Below are positions 47,901 to 57,100 of a stretch of 64,000 nt of DNA, piece by piece. A program made the translations under genes and the position numbers. The number at the start of each line of letters is the position of its first letter. The first letter of the stretch is position 1. This stretch comes from a virus. The stretch covers positions 21,076 through 85,075 of the IMG/VR virus record IMGVR_UViG_3300025759_000073; one strand, given 5' to 3'. The notes below the pieces were generated by a model. The model had not been told where the DNA came from. It did no database searches and saw only the letters and a list, made by a program, of their open reading frames with translations.

Positions 47901-50427
47901 AGCCAGTAAAGTTCTCTCTGTGTGCCCCAACATAAAGCCTTTTTGACGCTTCGGTGAAAAGAAGACCTTGCGCCTCGCTTACCGATGCTGTTACTTTAAA
48001 TTCATTTTCAATGTAGTTTGTTGAAGCGTTATAGCCAGAAAACTCCAAAAGATAAGCATCTGCATCAATATCAAAAGCCCCTGACACCCTTTGTGTCAGA
48101 GGGTAATTGACGTGCTTAAAGCGAACCGACACGTTCCAGTTTGTATTCGTGAAAAGATCTTTGACGGTGCTACTGGTTAATTCAATATTTGCACCGCCAA
48201 CTGAACCGGTTAGCAAGAAATAGCCATCTGGTGTCTTCAAAGTTGGTCTAATAGCGTGTGCTTGAAGTTGATTTTGGTCTGGTGAAAGCCAAGTTAAATC
48301 TGTCTCGGCCTGTGCCTCATCAACATCGTGGAAACCGAACAAAGAACAAGTCAAATAAGAATTTGTTATCGTTTGATAATAAAAGTTTGCTCCAATCTTA
48401 TCAGAAGGCAGTGTCAAACAAGAGTCAATTGTAATCGGAGTATAGTAATATTTACCAGTTCCAGAGCCTGAAATAAAAGATTTGCTTGGCTCTGCCGATG
48501 AGCTAAACTGGTGAATAGTTGCCGAGTTGTTGTCTGGATCTTTAAAGTTGATTTTCTTTTTATTGTCCATAATCAACTTTGTGTTGTCTAAAATCTCGTA
48601 CTGTGCATTGTTCGAGTAGAGATTGATATCCACGATCTTTTGTGAGATGCCAAGACTGTTCAGTGTATTTCTAAAAGAATCATAAGTCCCTTTAGACTTG
48701 TAAATATGAGTTAAGTTGTTGTAAAGGTTTTCATAGATCTTGTTTTTGATCTTTGTTAGATCAGTTTGATAATTTGTTTTTTCGTTTCTGTTATAAAGTT
48801 GTTCGACAATGTCCATATCAACGAACAATTCAGGAACCAACATACCTTTGTCGGAAAGAAGCCTATCTCCAAATGGAAGTGGCTTTACAGAACCGGAAGT
48901 ATATTCAACAGATTTAATGTCTTTCAACTCTTCAATTTGAAGATAAAGAGTGTCCAAATAACTTCCCATTATTTGAGTTAAATGACGAAGGTTTTCTCCG
49001 CCATAAGACTCATCCTCTTCAATGATCCAAGAAGGAAGCGAGAAGAAAAGGGCTGATGTGTTTAGATTATCGTGAACCGAGCCGCTATTTTCCAAGTTCG
49101 ACTTCAAAGTCGAAACATCAGGGTGAAAAGAATAGATAATCGGATCTTTGTATTCATATGAAGACGCGCTTGCTGAAACAATTGCGGAGCCAACGTTGCG
49201 ATCTCCTGCTTCATATCCTGTCCAAGAACCGTTGGAAACACGCCCAGAATAGTCCAAAACAGTCGCATCCGTGTCTGTACCTGTCACACCCTCGTTGAAC
49301 TTAAAATAGACCCCTAAGAGCGTGTTTGCGTCATCAGTATTTGTTCCACCGCCAACTTGGTTGTTGTAGTTTTGGAAAATCTGCTTTGCATTTCTTTCTG
49401 TTTTCCAATATCGAAATTCGTCAAACGAAGAAGAAAGAACTTTACCATAACCAAGCATCTCTTCGCCGTGATAAATATTCCCGGAAGGAGCGTTGACAAG
49501 CGCACCAATGTTAGCAGACATTTTTGCGGCGGTTGCATCGCTAAATGCCGTTCCCAAAACCTTCTCTTCGACGTACTGTCCATCCCTGTAGAACTTTGTG
49601 TTGATGCCACCGGACGCAGAGGCAAAAGAAACAGCGTAATGGTGCCAATTGTCGTCTGCAATGGCCGCTGTTGTTAAATTTCCAATCTCTTGTTGGAAAT
49701 ATCCGTCTGTTCCGGACTGGCAAGTTGCTAAAAAGACGTGATCAGACGACACTGCGGAGGCTGAAAGTTCGATTGTAAGCCTTCCATAGTCCGCAGAAGA
49801 AGACAAATTGTTATTCCAAAGGTCAAAAAGCACTTCTTTTTTGGTCAAAGTGTTGTCAAAAGCACCTTTTTTCAACCAAAATTCAACAGTTACACCACCT
49901 TCAAGGTCTAATTTAAGGTTGTTTTCCCTGTTTTTTGATGCTTTAAAGTAATTTGCCTTGGATATTGTTCGATCGCCAGCAGGATCAAAGCCCAAATGCG
50001 GACCACCGGTAAATCCAATGTATTCCGACTGTGTTGATAAAGAATAGTCACCCACAGTAGCATCTTGTGCGCCCCAGCCATCCCCCAAAACAACGTATCC
50101 GTTTGTTCTAGGGTAAAGATTTTCAAAAATATATTGATCTAAATAAGTTCCCCTATTGTACCAATCTTCTCTTTCATATAGGGAGCCATCATAAGGATAA
50201 GAGTTGTAGATATACTCAACAGAAGTGCGATAATATTCTTCTGCCAAGCCATACCTAGCAAAGCTCTCTGGCTTTGAAAAATCTGTTCTTGGTGTGAAAG
50301 ATTTTTGAGTTTTAATCTTTTCTTTGATGAAGTCTTTGGATTCCACTTCTTCTTTCAATTTGTCATAATTGGCAGACGAAATGAACTTATTTGGATTTTG
50401 TTTTTTGAAAAGGTCTTTTTTACTCAT
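41971..50427 (-). CDS. Giant baseplate protein (2818 aa) with LamG-like domains (gp7/wedge-like)
   Basis: LamG motifs TVEFWLK, WHHYAVSF, FDEFRYWK and YFKFNEG. The LSDKG....LF...IYKSKGT..S....L.SLG pattern resembles baseplate wedge proteins. Sits two genes downstream of gp6. Confidence 0.7.
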   Translation of the reverse strand: MSKKDLFKKQNPNKFISSANYDKLKEEVESKDFIKEKIKTQKSFTPRTDFSKPESFARYGLAEEYYRTSVEYIYNSYPYDGSLYEREDWYNRGTYLDQYIFENLYPRTNGYVVLGDGWGAQDATVGDYSLSTQSEYIGFTGGPHLGFDPAGDRTISKANYFKASKNRENNLKLDLEGGVTVEFWLKKGAFDNTLTKKEVLFDLWNNNLSSSADYGRLTIELSASAVSSDHVFLATCQSGTDGYFQQEIGNLTTAAIADDNWHHYAVSFASASGGINTKFYRDGQYVEEKVLGTAFSDATAAKMSANIGALVNAPSGNIYHGEEMLGYGKVLSSSFDEFRYWKTERNAKQIFQNYNNQVGGGTNTDDANTLLGVYFKFNEGVTGTDTDATVLDYSGRVSNGSWTGYEAGDRNVGSAIVSASASSYEYKDPIIYSFHPDVSTLKSNLENSGSVHDNLNTSALFFSLPSWIIEEDESYGGENLRHLTQIMGSYLDTLYLQIEELKDIKSVEYTSGSVKPLPFGDRLLSDKGMLVPELFVDMDIVEQLYNRNEKTNYQTDLTKIKNKIYENLYNNLTHIYKSKGTYDSFRNTLNSLGISQKIVDINLYSNNAQYEILDNTKLIMDNKKKINFKDPDNNSATIHQFSSSAEPSKSFISGSGTGKYYYTPITIDSCLTLPSDKIGANFYYQTITNSYLTCSLFGFHDVDEAQAETDLTWLSPDQNQLQAHAIRPTLKTPDGYFLLTGSVGGANIELTSSTVKDLFTNTNWNVSVRFKHVNYPLTQRVSGAFDIDADAYLLEFSGYNASTNYIENEFKVTASVSEAQGLLFTEASKRLYVGAHRENFTGSVYQNGYSFAKISNINFWYNYLSDNDLKSHLRDLHNYGITNSERDAYLLDSNYSTKVKNIDTLMLRWDFETVTGSDSSGNFTVNDLGNFQGDTENQYYHSGKGFGFEASSTDVVKKEKVATYKLAPYDTVSSNEMISILSQDDDVFSLDKRPINYYFAAEKSFYKAVDDRILEYFSTLKDFNNLVGESANRYRPEYKQLKKYRQYFFNKVQNELDFERFLDYYKWVDTSIAMVIEQLIPATAEFSSTVWNVIESHVLERNKFQHKLPVIKPQTVYETTIQAAPNSYPFSTKGNKALNLQNANPLTASSFLSASVGAQSTFFLSGTVKNIASIDTNNVNRRLYISGSDQLNTIGVPRTLLKDQKGSVASDGFHSIMITEIKGNDDYFLDPFASVVTTTDSIQISGVVDYTLPTRLSQPQFIRTRFAAPGGYEVTSLGYLDFETSQYSVYNNMNYRNAIVRKALDEIYSAPDDDPTILANPEDGSYFLGVYRNPRKEYVTSAAGFVTQSFFDNGFIQYPIPASDLQYDWIEKSYSSSNLEFLLNQTGSEEITFKPETFFSWAASPGSATNIYGAEVNSSTNTSTVVLETPSASNNYFSSIGKFGYNTWLQTRNGDSLVVRTHKKNNTLSVDDSLPILQLEDSNGQRIVEKGLIANSFTNYTEPLVIKKYKPIRHVFVLNTEAEEFIEVQSSYAGKLASFSNRELNAKFNLDNVKVDTGYEKVKQLYLNNAKIDGNPIKGWTSVEYSERVWPKEKFEGVNSHRDKPNYDSTSEQLLDILGTANTIWQKEGVQEVRKRGGRLDAEVRKTPVYTDAKNSMGHKSIYSENVFPLSDYAVTPEEDRNFDGEEFYIASAKAGTSGLGGLSATFNVGDKVTFTINETAYELTASATDNDGYNSWFRHTEYGQSLQYLANTINQHPIVSQHVLAGYLVISSSSPADSHKLGLYLTTPNGGGNISVEVSSSEDGAWTDTSGPNINTVYSKEDGELNSSFYAFYTPVKYKENYFYQTKEIGHAAPLNNRGFKNEGIFGSGRAMKNAQYLTQFGADELAIAGITITASVSSSLFADGIYNHYLPTASLSYVNKVKSPVGTGSVYQLREITPYHGHTYRVPALSEREPFFASFAEYNESIKFLTDDYAIIPEFNISEHMSYYVDQKGANFRATNKKFLDLKGAINTTSSAETEISNYNADFYKDYVNTEFLQGFKVVKEDHDKIGKTGEVTLTCKGVKKFLPKQGFYPMNRSVQLGTLFSQSVGPSLTAYTNTEHGAVEANQNSAKGIFKTSTTDGELYGTSLYNQEQINANMRPAMLQAALQPLFAPGIFFNTIKSGIAVDFLLESEQGWATDTYTNNIKGNFDHFPSSSNVITGMGDPIRVPFEALTDLNKFPTNLDIPYLCPSFVTGALEEGGQSRPFVTFRWDGVRASNLYEKAMNNYLAESANFFLKEKSFTSFVSDVEENFKLFEAGKTYYMDIALQQTSNHVMFDEVWVENEGTGSNLLQTIFTDPGRKGRTFGPPFGVDRADGEWYAGGDAGLNISASYIASDPSYAPYTPPYFYGKSVARVEFTPTETRRYTLEEVQKSSSITYFNEGLDGDPIQGTATYNGAAIAYQMSLSSSVNLLGKITQPDIKVVTRDLQSVVRQKELSSTSNLSIETTNVLTDNLLNINNVFQPQADVSIELGEPLNTNKASWRISTKYECPVLNFYEQEAVVFHSRGMWSGLGELPTNEKEGIFLSVLPSFSGSYFTTNNTGSLADQLGFKPEKKRIGAIAEKTVIKEAIVAIPFLERENISQEEADLTVIEKQNFFSVDREILEQQIKDNKDTTLTRMYRRMQNYVIPPNYNFVKYRDINPFVMYLFEFDVEFDQQDLAYMWQGVMPDASLTGNEEFDEVTIKHMTGKDEFFHGKEIPSDVRWLIFKVKQKARKDYLDVVNLRETAIDDYGYNWPYDYCSIVEMAKVEATLKIVPKDTAEEAGIKLGKILEGEE

Positions 50428-51985
50428 TATTATCTTCTTCTACTCTAAATTTGAAGATGCCTTTTTGCTCTTGGTAATCACCAACAGCGTCGTTGTAAAA
50501 GGCAAATTTTAAACCGTACATATATCCGGGTTCTAACATTGACATATCTAAGTCAAAGTAGTTGCCTTCTGAATCATAGGACATAAGAGTGTGATTTGTA
50601 GTGGAGCCGGTGCCATGGCCAATAACTTCATAGTTGTCTGCTACTCTTATCACTTTGTAAGAGGCACTAACAATCGGTAAAGTTGATTGGGCGGCAACCG
50701 CTCTAGTATAAATATTTGGGTTCCAGTTTTTTTCACGAACAAAAAGTCTAAATTTTCCAACTTCTTGTGTATCGTATGACTTTTTAAGATTGGTTACATT
50801 GATAACATATTTTCTATTGTCGTTGTAACCGAGCGCATCAAAGGTTTGAGGGGAAATTGACCCTGTTTTGAACTCCACCCCTCCAGAATGCCAAACATCA
50901 TACAAAGTAGCGACAGGCGTAGAGGCTGCTGTAACGGCGAATGAGGCACTATAAATCCCAGTTGATACCCAGCCCCCAGTTACATTGAGATCGTTCGTAG
51001 AAACCACTCCTCCGCCCGCTGGAAGCAATAATTTTGAACCAGATGGAGCAGTGTCGTTAGAAGAGCCTGAATAAAGACTGAGCAGGATGGCTCCTTGGCC
51101 TACCGATGGGATGTTTGCCAAGCGACCTCTAACGTAGTTGTAGAGGTATATCGTGTTAAGGTTGTCAGCAGCAGGTGCCAACGAAGACGAATAAAAGAAA
51201 TAATTGCGATCATCTTCAATTCTGGAGTCCCACCTAGCTTCAAGGATTGGTCTTCTATAGAAGAACTCAGATTCTCTTGCAAAAAACTTTTTTGTATAGT
51301 AAGATCTTTGAGCGCCATCCGTATTATGTATAAAAGAGCTTGAGTTTTGCCCGGTTGAAGAAGAATAATAAGCTTCATAAGAAGAGCTTAATCTTACCCC
51401 AATTCCATAATTTGTTTTTGTCCCATCTAACCACTGTTCTACTAAACTTGTAATGTCAAGTTCTATGTTTTCTGTGCCTTCTCTGCCAAAAGAAGCAGTA
51501 TAAGAAGGTGAAGCGTGATAATCACCACCAACAGAAGTCCAAGCAGTTCCCAAAGAAGCAGAAATCCAGTTTGAACCTTCCAATTTGTTATAAGTTTGGT
51601 CTGTGTAGTTATCCATATCCAGACCTTCACCCTCTTCCCAAGACCTAGAAACCGCTTGAATGGTCATTTTATAGTCTCTTGGAAGAGTTTCAGAGTGCTC
51701 TGCGTTAAACATACGAAGATAAAAAGAAACAGAGCCGGCTGCTGGGATTTTTCCTGCTGTTCTGTCTGCCGAAACAGTTGCAATGGGAAAATTAACCAAA
51801 ACTCTTGATAATTCTTGACTTTCTCCAAAATCTGAGCCTGAAACTTGATCATAAATTGAAAAAACTTCAAGAATGTCGGCCCTGCCCATATTGGAGCCAG
51901 TTCCTCTATTAGCTAAAACCAAGCTTGAATCAAAAGCATTTGTAATTGTATTGTCGGCATCTGCTAAATATCTTTTAATAGCCAT
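50420..51985 (-). CDS. Virion structural protein (baseplate-associated)
   Basis: Motifs ADNTITNAF...NMG..DILEVF, SW.EG.G, LDITSLVEQWL....NYG and KKFFARES....RP.LEARWD. Confidence 0.65.
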   Translation of the reverse strand: MAIKRYLADADNTITNAFDSSLVLANRGTGSNMGRADILEVFSIYDQVSGSDFGESQELSRVLVNFPIATVSADRTAGKIPAAGSVSFYLRMFNAEHSETLPRDYKMTIQAVSRSWEEGEGLDMDNYTDQTYNKLEGSNWISASLGTAWTSVGGDYHASPSYTASFGREGTENIELDITSLVEQWLDGTKTNYGIGVRLSSSYEAYYSSSTGQNSSSFIHNTDGAQRSYYTKKFFARESEFFYRRPILEARWDSRIEDDRNYFFYSSSLAPAADNLNTIYLYNYVRGRLANIPSVGQGAILLSLYSGSSNDTAPSGSKLLLPAGGGVVSTNDLNVTGGWVSTGIYSASFAVTAASTPVATLYDVWHSGGVEFKTGSISPQTFDALGYNDNRKYVINVTNLKKSYDTQEVGKFRLFVREKNWNPNIYTRAVAAQSTLPIVSASYKVIRVADNYEVIGHGTGSTTNHTLMSYDSEGNYFDLDMSMLEPGYMYGLKFAFYNDAVGDYQEQKGIFKFRVEEDNNE

Positions 51986-53799
51986 TACTTCACAGTTCCT
52001 TTAATATCAGATTCAGGGAATTTAATTTCAAAAACAGCATTGTCAGGACAAACCACAACTCTTCCATCGGAAGTTAACGCCTCGTCAATGCTTAAGAATA
52101 AATCAGTGTAAGGAGAGCCAAATTTTGACACAATTTCGACATCTAAAACGTCTACCACCTCTTCCAATTCTTTTAAGCTCTTGTATACTTCAATAATATT
52201 GAAATTCTCTCCAATATCGAACTTTCTTTCGGTTAAATCTTCTGTTAACTTGTCGATGCAAAGTTGCAAAACATCAAATTTGTTTGTGTCTTCTTCTGCA
52301 AGTACAGAAAAATTAATGCCCAAGTTTACAATCTTAGCGTCAAAAACATCAACAGTGTCATTGATCATTTTATATCTGGCTAGCCAAGTGCGAAGATTGT
52401 TTTTCAAAACAGAAGAAGCCGCTGAAAAGTTACCTTCTGTGTCTTCTGACAAAATGTATAAGTTTAAATTTCTTTTTTGAGAATCTGGGTCTCTCACTGC
52501 ATTTGCTCTTTTTACAGCGCCCAAAGAAGCCGGCATCAAGTAAGAAAGATAAATGTAATCTTCTCTTGTTACGGCTCTATTCTGCGTTGAAAAAGAGCCA
52601 ATAACTCGCTGCCTTAATTCATCTGCTGTTGGCGCTGAGACATCTCCGGAGATTGCTTTTTCATTGTCCACTTCAACACCGCCACGAACATCTGATACTT
52701 TTGTTTCGTCCAATGTTTCTTCGTCATTAAACTCTAGAGTGGTGGACAAAACTTGATTTACTGCTCCAACAGAGGCATTTGAAAGAACCTCATTGTTCAC
52801 AAGATAGGTAATGTCCAACGTGGTGTTTGATGGCCCAATTCCCAACTTATCGTGATAAGATAAAACATTTGGATCAAAATAGGTTGAAGAAATATAATTC
52901 TTTCCCCTCTGCTGAAGAGCCACAGAAGAAGGATCAGAGATCTCATCATTCAATGTATCTGATTCGCTTCCGCCGCCAAACTGCAAAAAGACTTGACCAG
53001 TAGATGTTCTTTCAACCGTAAATCTTCTGGGCACAACCAATGGCTTTAAAATGTTTGGAACCATACTGTTTGTAGCTGTGTCTTTATTTGAAAATGCTTT
53101 GTAAATAATATCTTGCGAAAGAGAATCAACTTCAAAATATTCATTCCCCTCGGTATCAAATACTGAGATGATTTCAATTATTTCACCTTCAACATTCTCC
53201 CCAACTTCAATTTTATTGAACGCCTCAAAGCCCTCAATCAGAGCCGCTTCCGATTGTTCTGTCCCGGAGACAACTTCACCTGCTTTTCTTAAGACATAAA
53301 AAGTTGGAACACCAGTCGTTTCATCAACTTTAGAAAGAAGAATATCTGCGCTTGCATCGTTGAAGTTGACATCGTCAGTTAGAGTGAAAACACCACCGTC
53401 AACAGATGCGAAGGTGGAACCCTTCTTGACAATTGGAAGATAGTTTGTATTTGGAGTTCCATCTGTATTTGCCGGAATTTCAACATAGATCTCAACCAAT
53501 CCCGTGGAGACCCCGGAAGCAGAATAGCGATAACCCATTTGCTTTCCAATTTTAAGAATGCTTTCCTCTTCTAAGGCCGTTTCCAAGAACGTTTCGTTTG
53601 CTTGGTAATCCAAAAAGAAAGAAAGGGTATCACCAATATAAGAAACTGTATCGATCATCAAAGAGCCAAATCCGGATGTATCAAAATCTTGAAAAGTATC
53701 TGGATAGTACCTTCTTGCGTGATCGACCAAAGCTTCCCTAATTGATTGAAAATCTCTTGCTGTGTAGTCAATTGGTGGTCTTTTATTTTTAAAAGCCAT
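51985..53799 (-). CDS. gp6: Baseplate wedge protein (T4 gp6 / baseplate J-like)
   Basis: IDYTARDFQSIR..L......YP..FQDF, SYIGDTLSFFLDYQANETFL.TA, LQFG.G and FSTQNRAVTREDY. Confidence 0.9.
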   Translation of the reverse strand: MAFKNKRPPIDYTARDFQSIREALVDHARRYYPDTFQDFDTSGFGSLMIDTVSYIGDTLSFFLDYQANETFLETALEEESILKIGKQMGYRYSASGVSTGLVEIYVEIPANTDGTPNTNYLPIVKKGSTFASVDGGVFTLTDDVNFNDASADILLSKVDETTGVPTFYVLRKAGEVVSGTEQSEAALIEGFEAFNKIEVGENVEGEIIEIISVFDTEGNEYFEVDSLSQDIIYKAFSNKDTATNSMVPNILKPLVVPRRFTVERTSTGQVFLQFGGGSESDTLNDEISDPSSVALQQRGKNYISSTYFDPNVLSYHDKLGIGPSNTTLDITYLVNNEVLSNASVGAVNQVLSTTLEFNDEETLDETKVSDVRGGVEVDNEKAISGDVSAPTADELRQRVIGSFSTQNRAVTREDYIYLSYLMPASLGAVKRANAVRDPDSQKRNLNLYILSEDTEGNFSAASSVLKNNLRTWLARYKMINDTVDVFDAKIVNLGINFSVLAEEDTNKFDVLQLCIDKLTEDLTERKFDIGENFNIIEVYKSLKELEEVVDVLDVEIVSKFGSPYTDLFLSIDEALTSDGRVVVCPDNAVFEIKFPESDIKGTVK

Positions 53800-53810
53800 T
53801 TTTTGTTTCC

Positions 53811-54194
53811 TTATTCTTCTGCTAATCCAATAGAGACAGAGTCCACCAGATCAATCTCTGGAATGGAATATGTAACTTGAACAAAAATCTTATTTCTATC
53901 TGTTTCAACTAAGTCAAAACTAACTTCTTCCAAATCAATATAAGAAAGGTAGCTATTGACTTGCTCTATTATCCTTCCTTCGAAATCTAAAAGCATATCT
54001 TTGTCAGAAAAGTTCTCAAACAACATACCAGAAAGACCAACCCCAAACTCTGGAATCATCACTCTTTCTCCGGGGTTTGTTAACAAAACCATTTTTAGGT
54101 TTTGCCTTGCTAGATCTCTGATTTCTTCAATGTGTTCAAACCCCGGCTGTGTTTTATCAGGCAGTAGCGGTAGTTTTGGAGTGTATTTAGGCAT
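53811..54194 (-). CDS. gp25: Baseplate wedge protein gp25/GPW
   Basis: QNLKMVLLTNPGERVMIPEFGVGL..MLFE. Confidence 0.92.
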   Translation of the reverse strand: MPKYTPKLPLLPDKTQPGFEHIEEIRDLARQNLKMVLLTNPGERVMIPEFGVGLSGMLFENFSDKDMLLDFEGRIIEQVNSYLSYIDLEEVSFDLVETDRNKIFVQVTYSIPEIDLVDSVSIGLAEE

Positions 54195-57100
54195 CTTCTA
54201 TATCGTCCCTTTTCACAACTTTTGTCAAAACAACGTTTTCTTCAACTTCTTTATGGTCTTTGCCAGCCATCACTGTCCCATCTTTATGGGTGTGGTACCT
54301 GCCGACATAACTTTTACCATCCGGTGTTATATACTCACCTCCGGATGTTATGCCGTCTGAAACTTTTGGGTTCCTTAATAAATACTCTTCTAAAAGATCT
54401 TTACACGCTTTTTCAAAATTTTCTTCTGGTGCTTTCAAAAATGAAATCTGCCCTTCCGGAACGTCAAACAGTTGATTTTTAAGCTTCTCAATCTCTTCCT
54501 GACCAAGATCCAAAGATATTAAAATAGCTTCGAAAACCAAATATAACACAAATTCAGTCATATTCAACGGAGGTAGACCCAAACCTGCATTTGTAATGGC
54601 AAAAGGAGCTACCGGAGGATTAAACAAGTATTTAAATAATTTATTTCCAGAAACCATCTGCTGCTGTGATGGGAATTTATCTGGTATATCCGCGCCAAAA
54701 AGAGAACCAACATTTTTGGCCCCTTCTTCAACTTTATTGGCTGCTTTAATTGAATTTCTAAACAACTCTCCAACAACACGAGCTTGAACTGCTCCCAAAG
54801 CCACTGCCGGCTCTTTGACCTCTACATCATTCAAAAATGCTTGAATTTTACCTTTCAAAGTAAAAAGAGCAAAGTCAAACAATTGATTACCCACCTCTAC
54901 GCCGACCTGATCCCAATTGACTGACTTGATATATTGTACGTCACGGTCTGTTAAGGAGTTGATTTGGCCTATTTTTAAATCAATAATGTTATTTGCTCTT
55001 TGCAAAGGATCAACATAGTTCAGACTAAACACATCGGAGTTCAAATCCTTTATAACACTGTTGATATGATCTGTGTGTAGGTTCAAGTTAACCGCGATAT
55101 GTGAAAGATACTTCCTAACCGGTAGCGCCTCTTCAAACACATAGCCATACTGATTTGTGAAGAGATCTTTCTTTATATCTTTCAAAAATTCTTCTTTAAT
55201 ACAGTAGTGGAAGTAATCTTCAATGTTCAATCTTCGATCTTTTCCATATTTTTTGACATAATTCTTTCTTAAACTCCCATTTTGGAGAATATCAGAATCG
55301 TATTCTTTTTGATAAATCGGCTTCTTTTCAATCAAAAATCTTCTAGAATTAGAAATATTATCCAATTTGGCAACATATTCCAAAGATTTATCCGCCTTAT
55401 TAGCAAAAAAAGTCTCCTCTGTGGAATTATTTGACTTCAAGACACTAGGAGGCTGATAATTGTAATTTATTGAAGGGTTACTAACCCCTAATTCAAAAGA
55501 TTGTTTGTATGACGGCCCAAAGAAAGAGACATCAGTACCTTCTAAGTCTTTCCATTTTTCAAAAAAACCACCCACACTGCTGTTTGGATATTCAGAGAAT
55601 GTATAAAACACATCTTTTAACACATTTTTACCTTTATCAGAGGTTTTTCTTTTGAGTTTAAAATAAGAATTCTTTCCAAAAACATCTTCAATTAAAAGAT
55701 TTTCTTCTAAATTATGCGCATTATACGACTGGTTATCTGGTTTTTTATTTTTGTCAAACGGCACCACAACTCTGAACCCGTCCACATCTTTGAAGCCAGA
55801 TTGGTTAAAAGTTGCCTCTTCGAATGGGAATGCTTTTCGGACAGAAACTTTAAACTTTCCTGCTGTCTTTTCACTGTAACTGATCGTTGTGATAAGAAAA
55901 TAGTTTCTTCCTAATTGGCTGTCAATGTTTCTTCTCAATTCCTCTTTAACGTATTTTTCAGAAGTGGATAAATTTTCAAAATAAGGAAACTGATAAGAAA
56001 CAGCGTCTTTTAAAAACTCTGTCAAGCCTCGCTTCAGCATTAGTCGATAGTTAAACTGATTGTTGTAATCTAAATTAATGAAGTTCAACTTTTCTTCTAG
56101 AAATCTTTCATCGATTGAAAACACAGAACGATCTTTAATCTCTTCCGGGTAGACAATCTCTTTAAGTCTCTTGGAAATTCTTGAAATTTCCACTGCTATA
56201 AGATCTCTTATTGCAATACAAAAGTCAGTTTCTTGCTTTATTTTTTCAACTTTATTGTGATGGTGTAAAAGAACTTTTGTGATGTCATATGCATCATTCA
56301 CAATCAAATCGTTACCATTTTTTGTTCCAGATATTGAAATCTTGGAAACATCAAGCTGTTTGAATCTCTCAATCATAGAGTTTAGAAACTCTTTCTGTTG
56401 TTTTAAGCTTTCTTTTTCCTTCTGGACTAAGCCAATCTTGTCCAAAGAATTCCTAACATCAATTGCAGATTGATTTAAAAGAGCTTGTATTGCCCTGATC
56501 AGATCCTGCCCTCTCAAACTTCTGTCAATAGTGAACCCCGTATTGGAAATGTTAGCAAAAATTGGATTAACGCTTTGGCTAGAATTTTTAAAAGAAGCAT
56601 TAGCTCCAGTTTTAAATTCATATATTTTAGAATTTTTACCAACATTGCTTATAATCAAATCAGAAGCGTTCCAATCTAAATATTTAAGAACAACATTTGA
56701 AAAGAATGAGTTGTTACGACTAACATTGGTGCCAAAATCAGAAGCTGCTTTTTTCTGATCTGCAATATTTTTACCAGAAAGATTTTTATCTATGTCGTTA
56801 ATTTCTTTTTTAATCTTGTCGGCAAACTCTGGTGCAAAATCAAAATATCTTATCTTTTTTAGAAACTCTTGCTTTTCAGATTGTGTCAATCTTAAATAAT
56901 CAAAACTCTCTTGCGAACCCAGCGCATCTTTGAAGATTAAATTTCTGAACATTTGAATGTAAATGAAATCTTTCATCATATCATCTACATCAACTTCTTC
57001 AAAATCAAACTGGGAAAAGACGTGAATAGACTTTAAAACAAAGCTGGCCACCTGAAGCTTAAACTTCAACAAAAGGTCTAAATACCTTTCTCTTTCCAAC

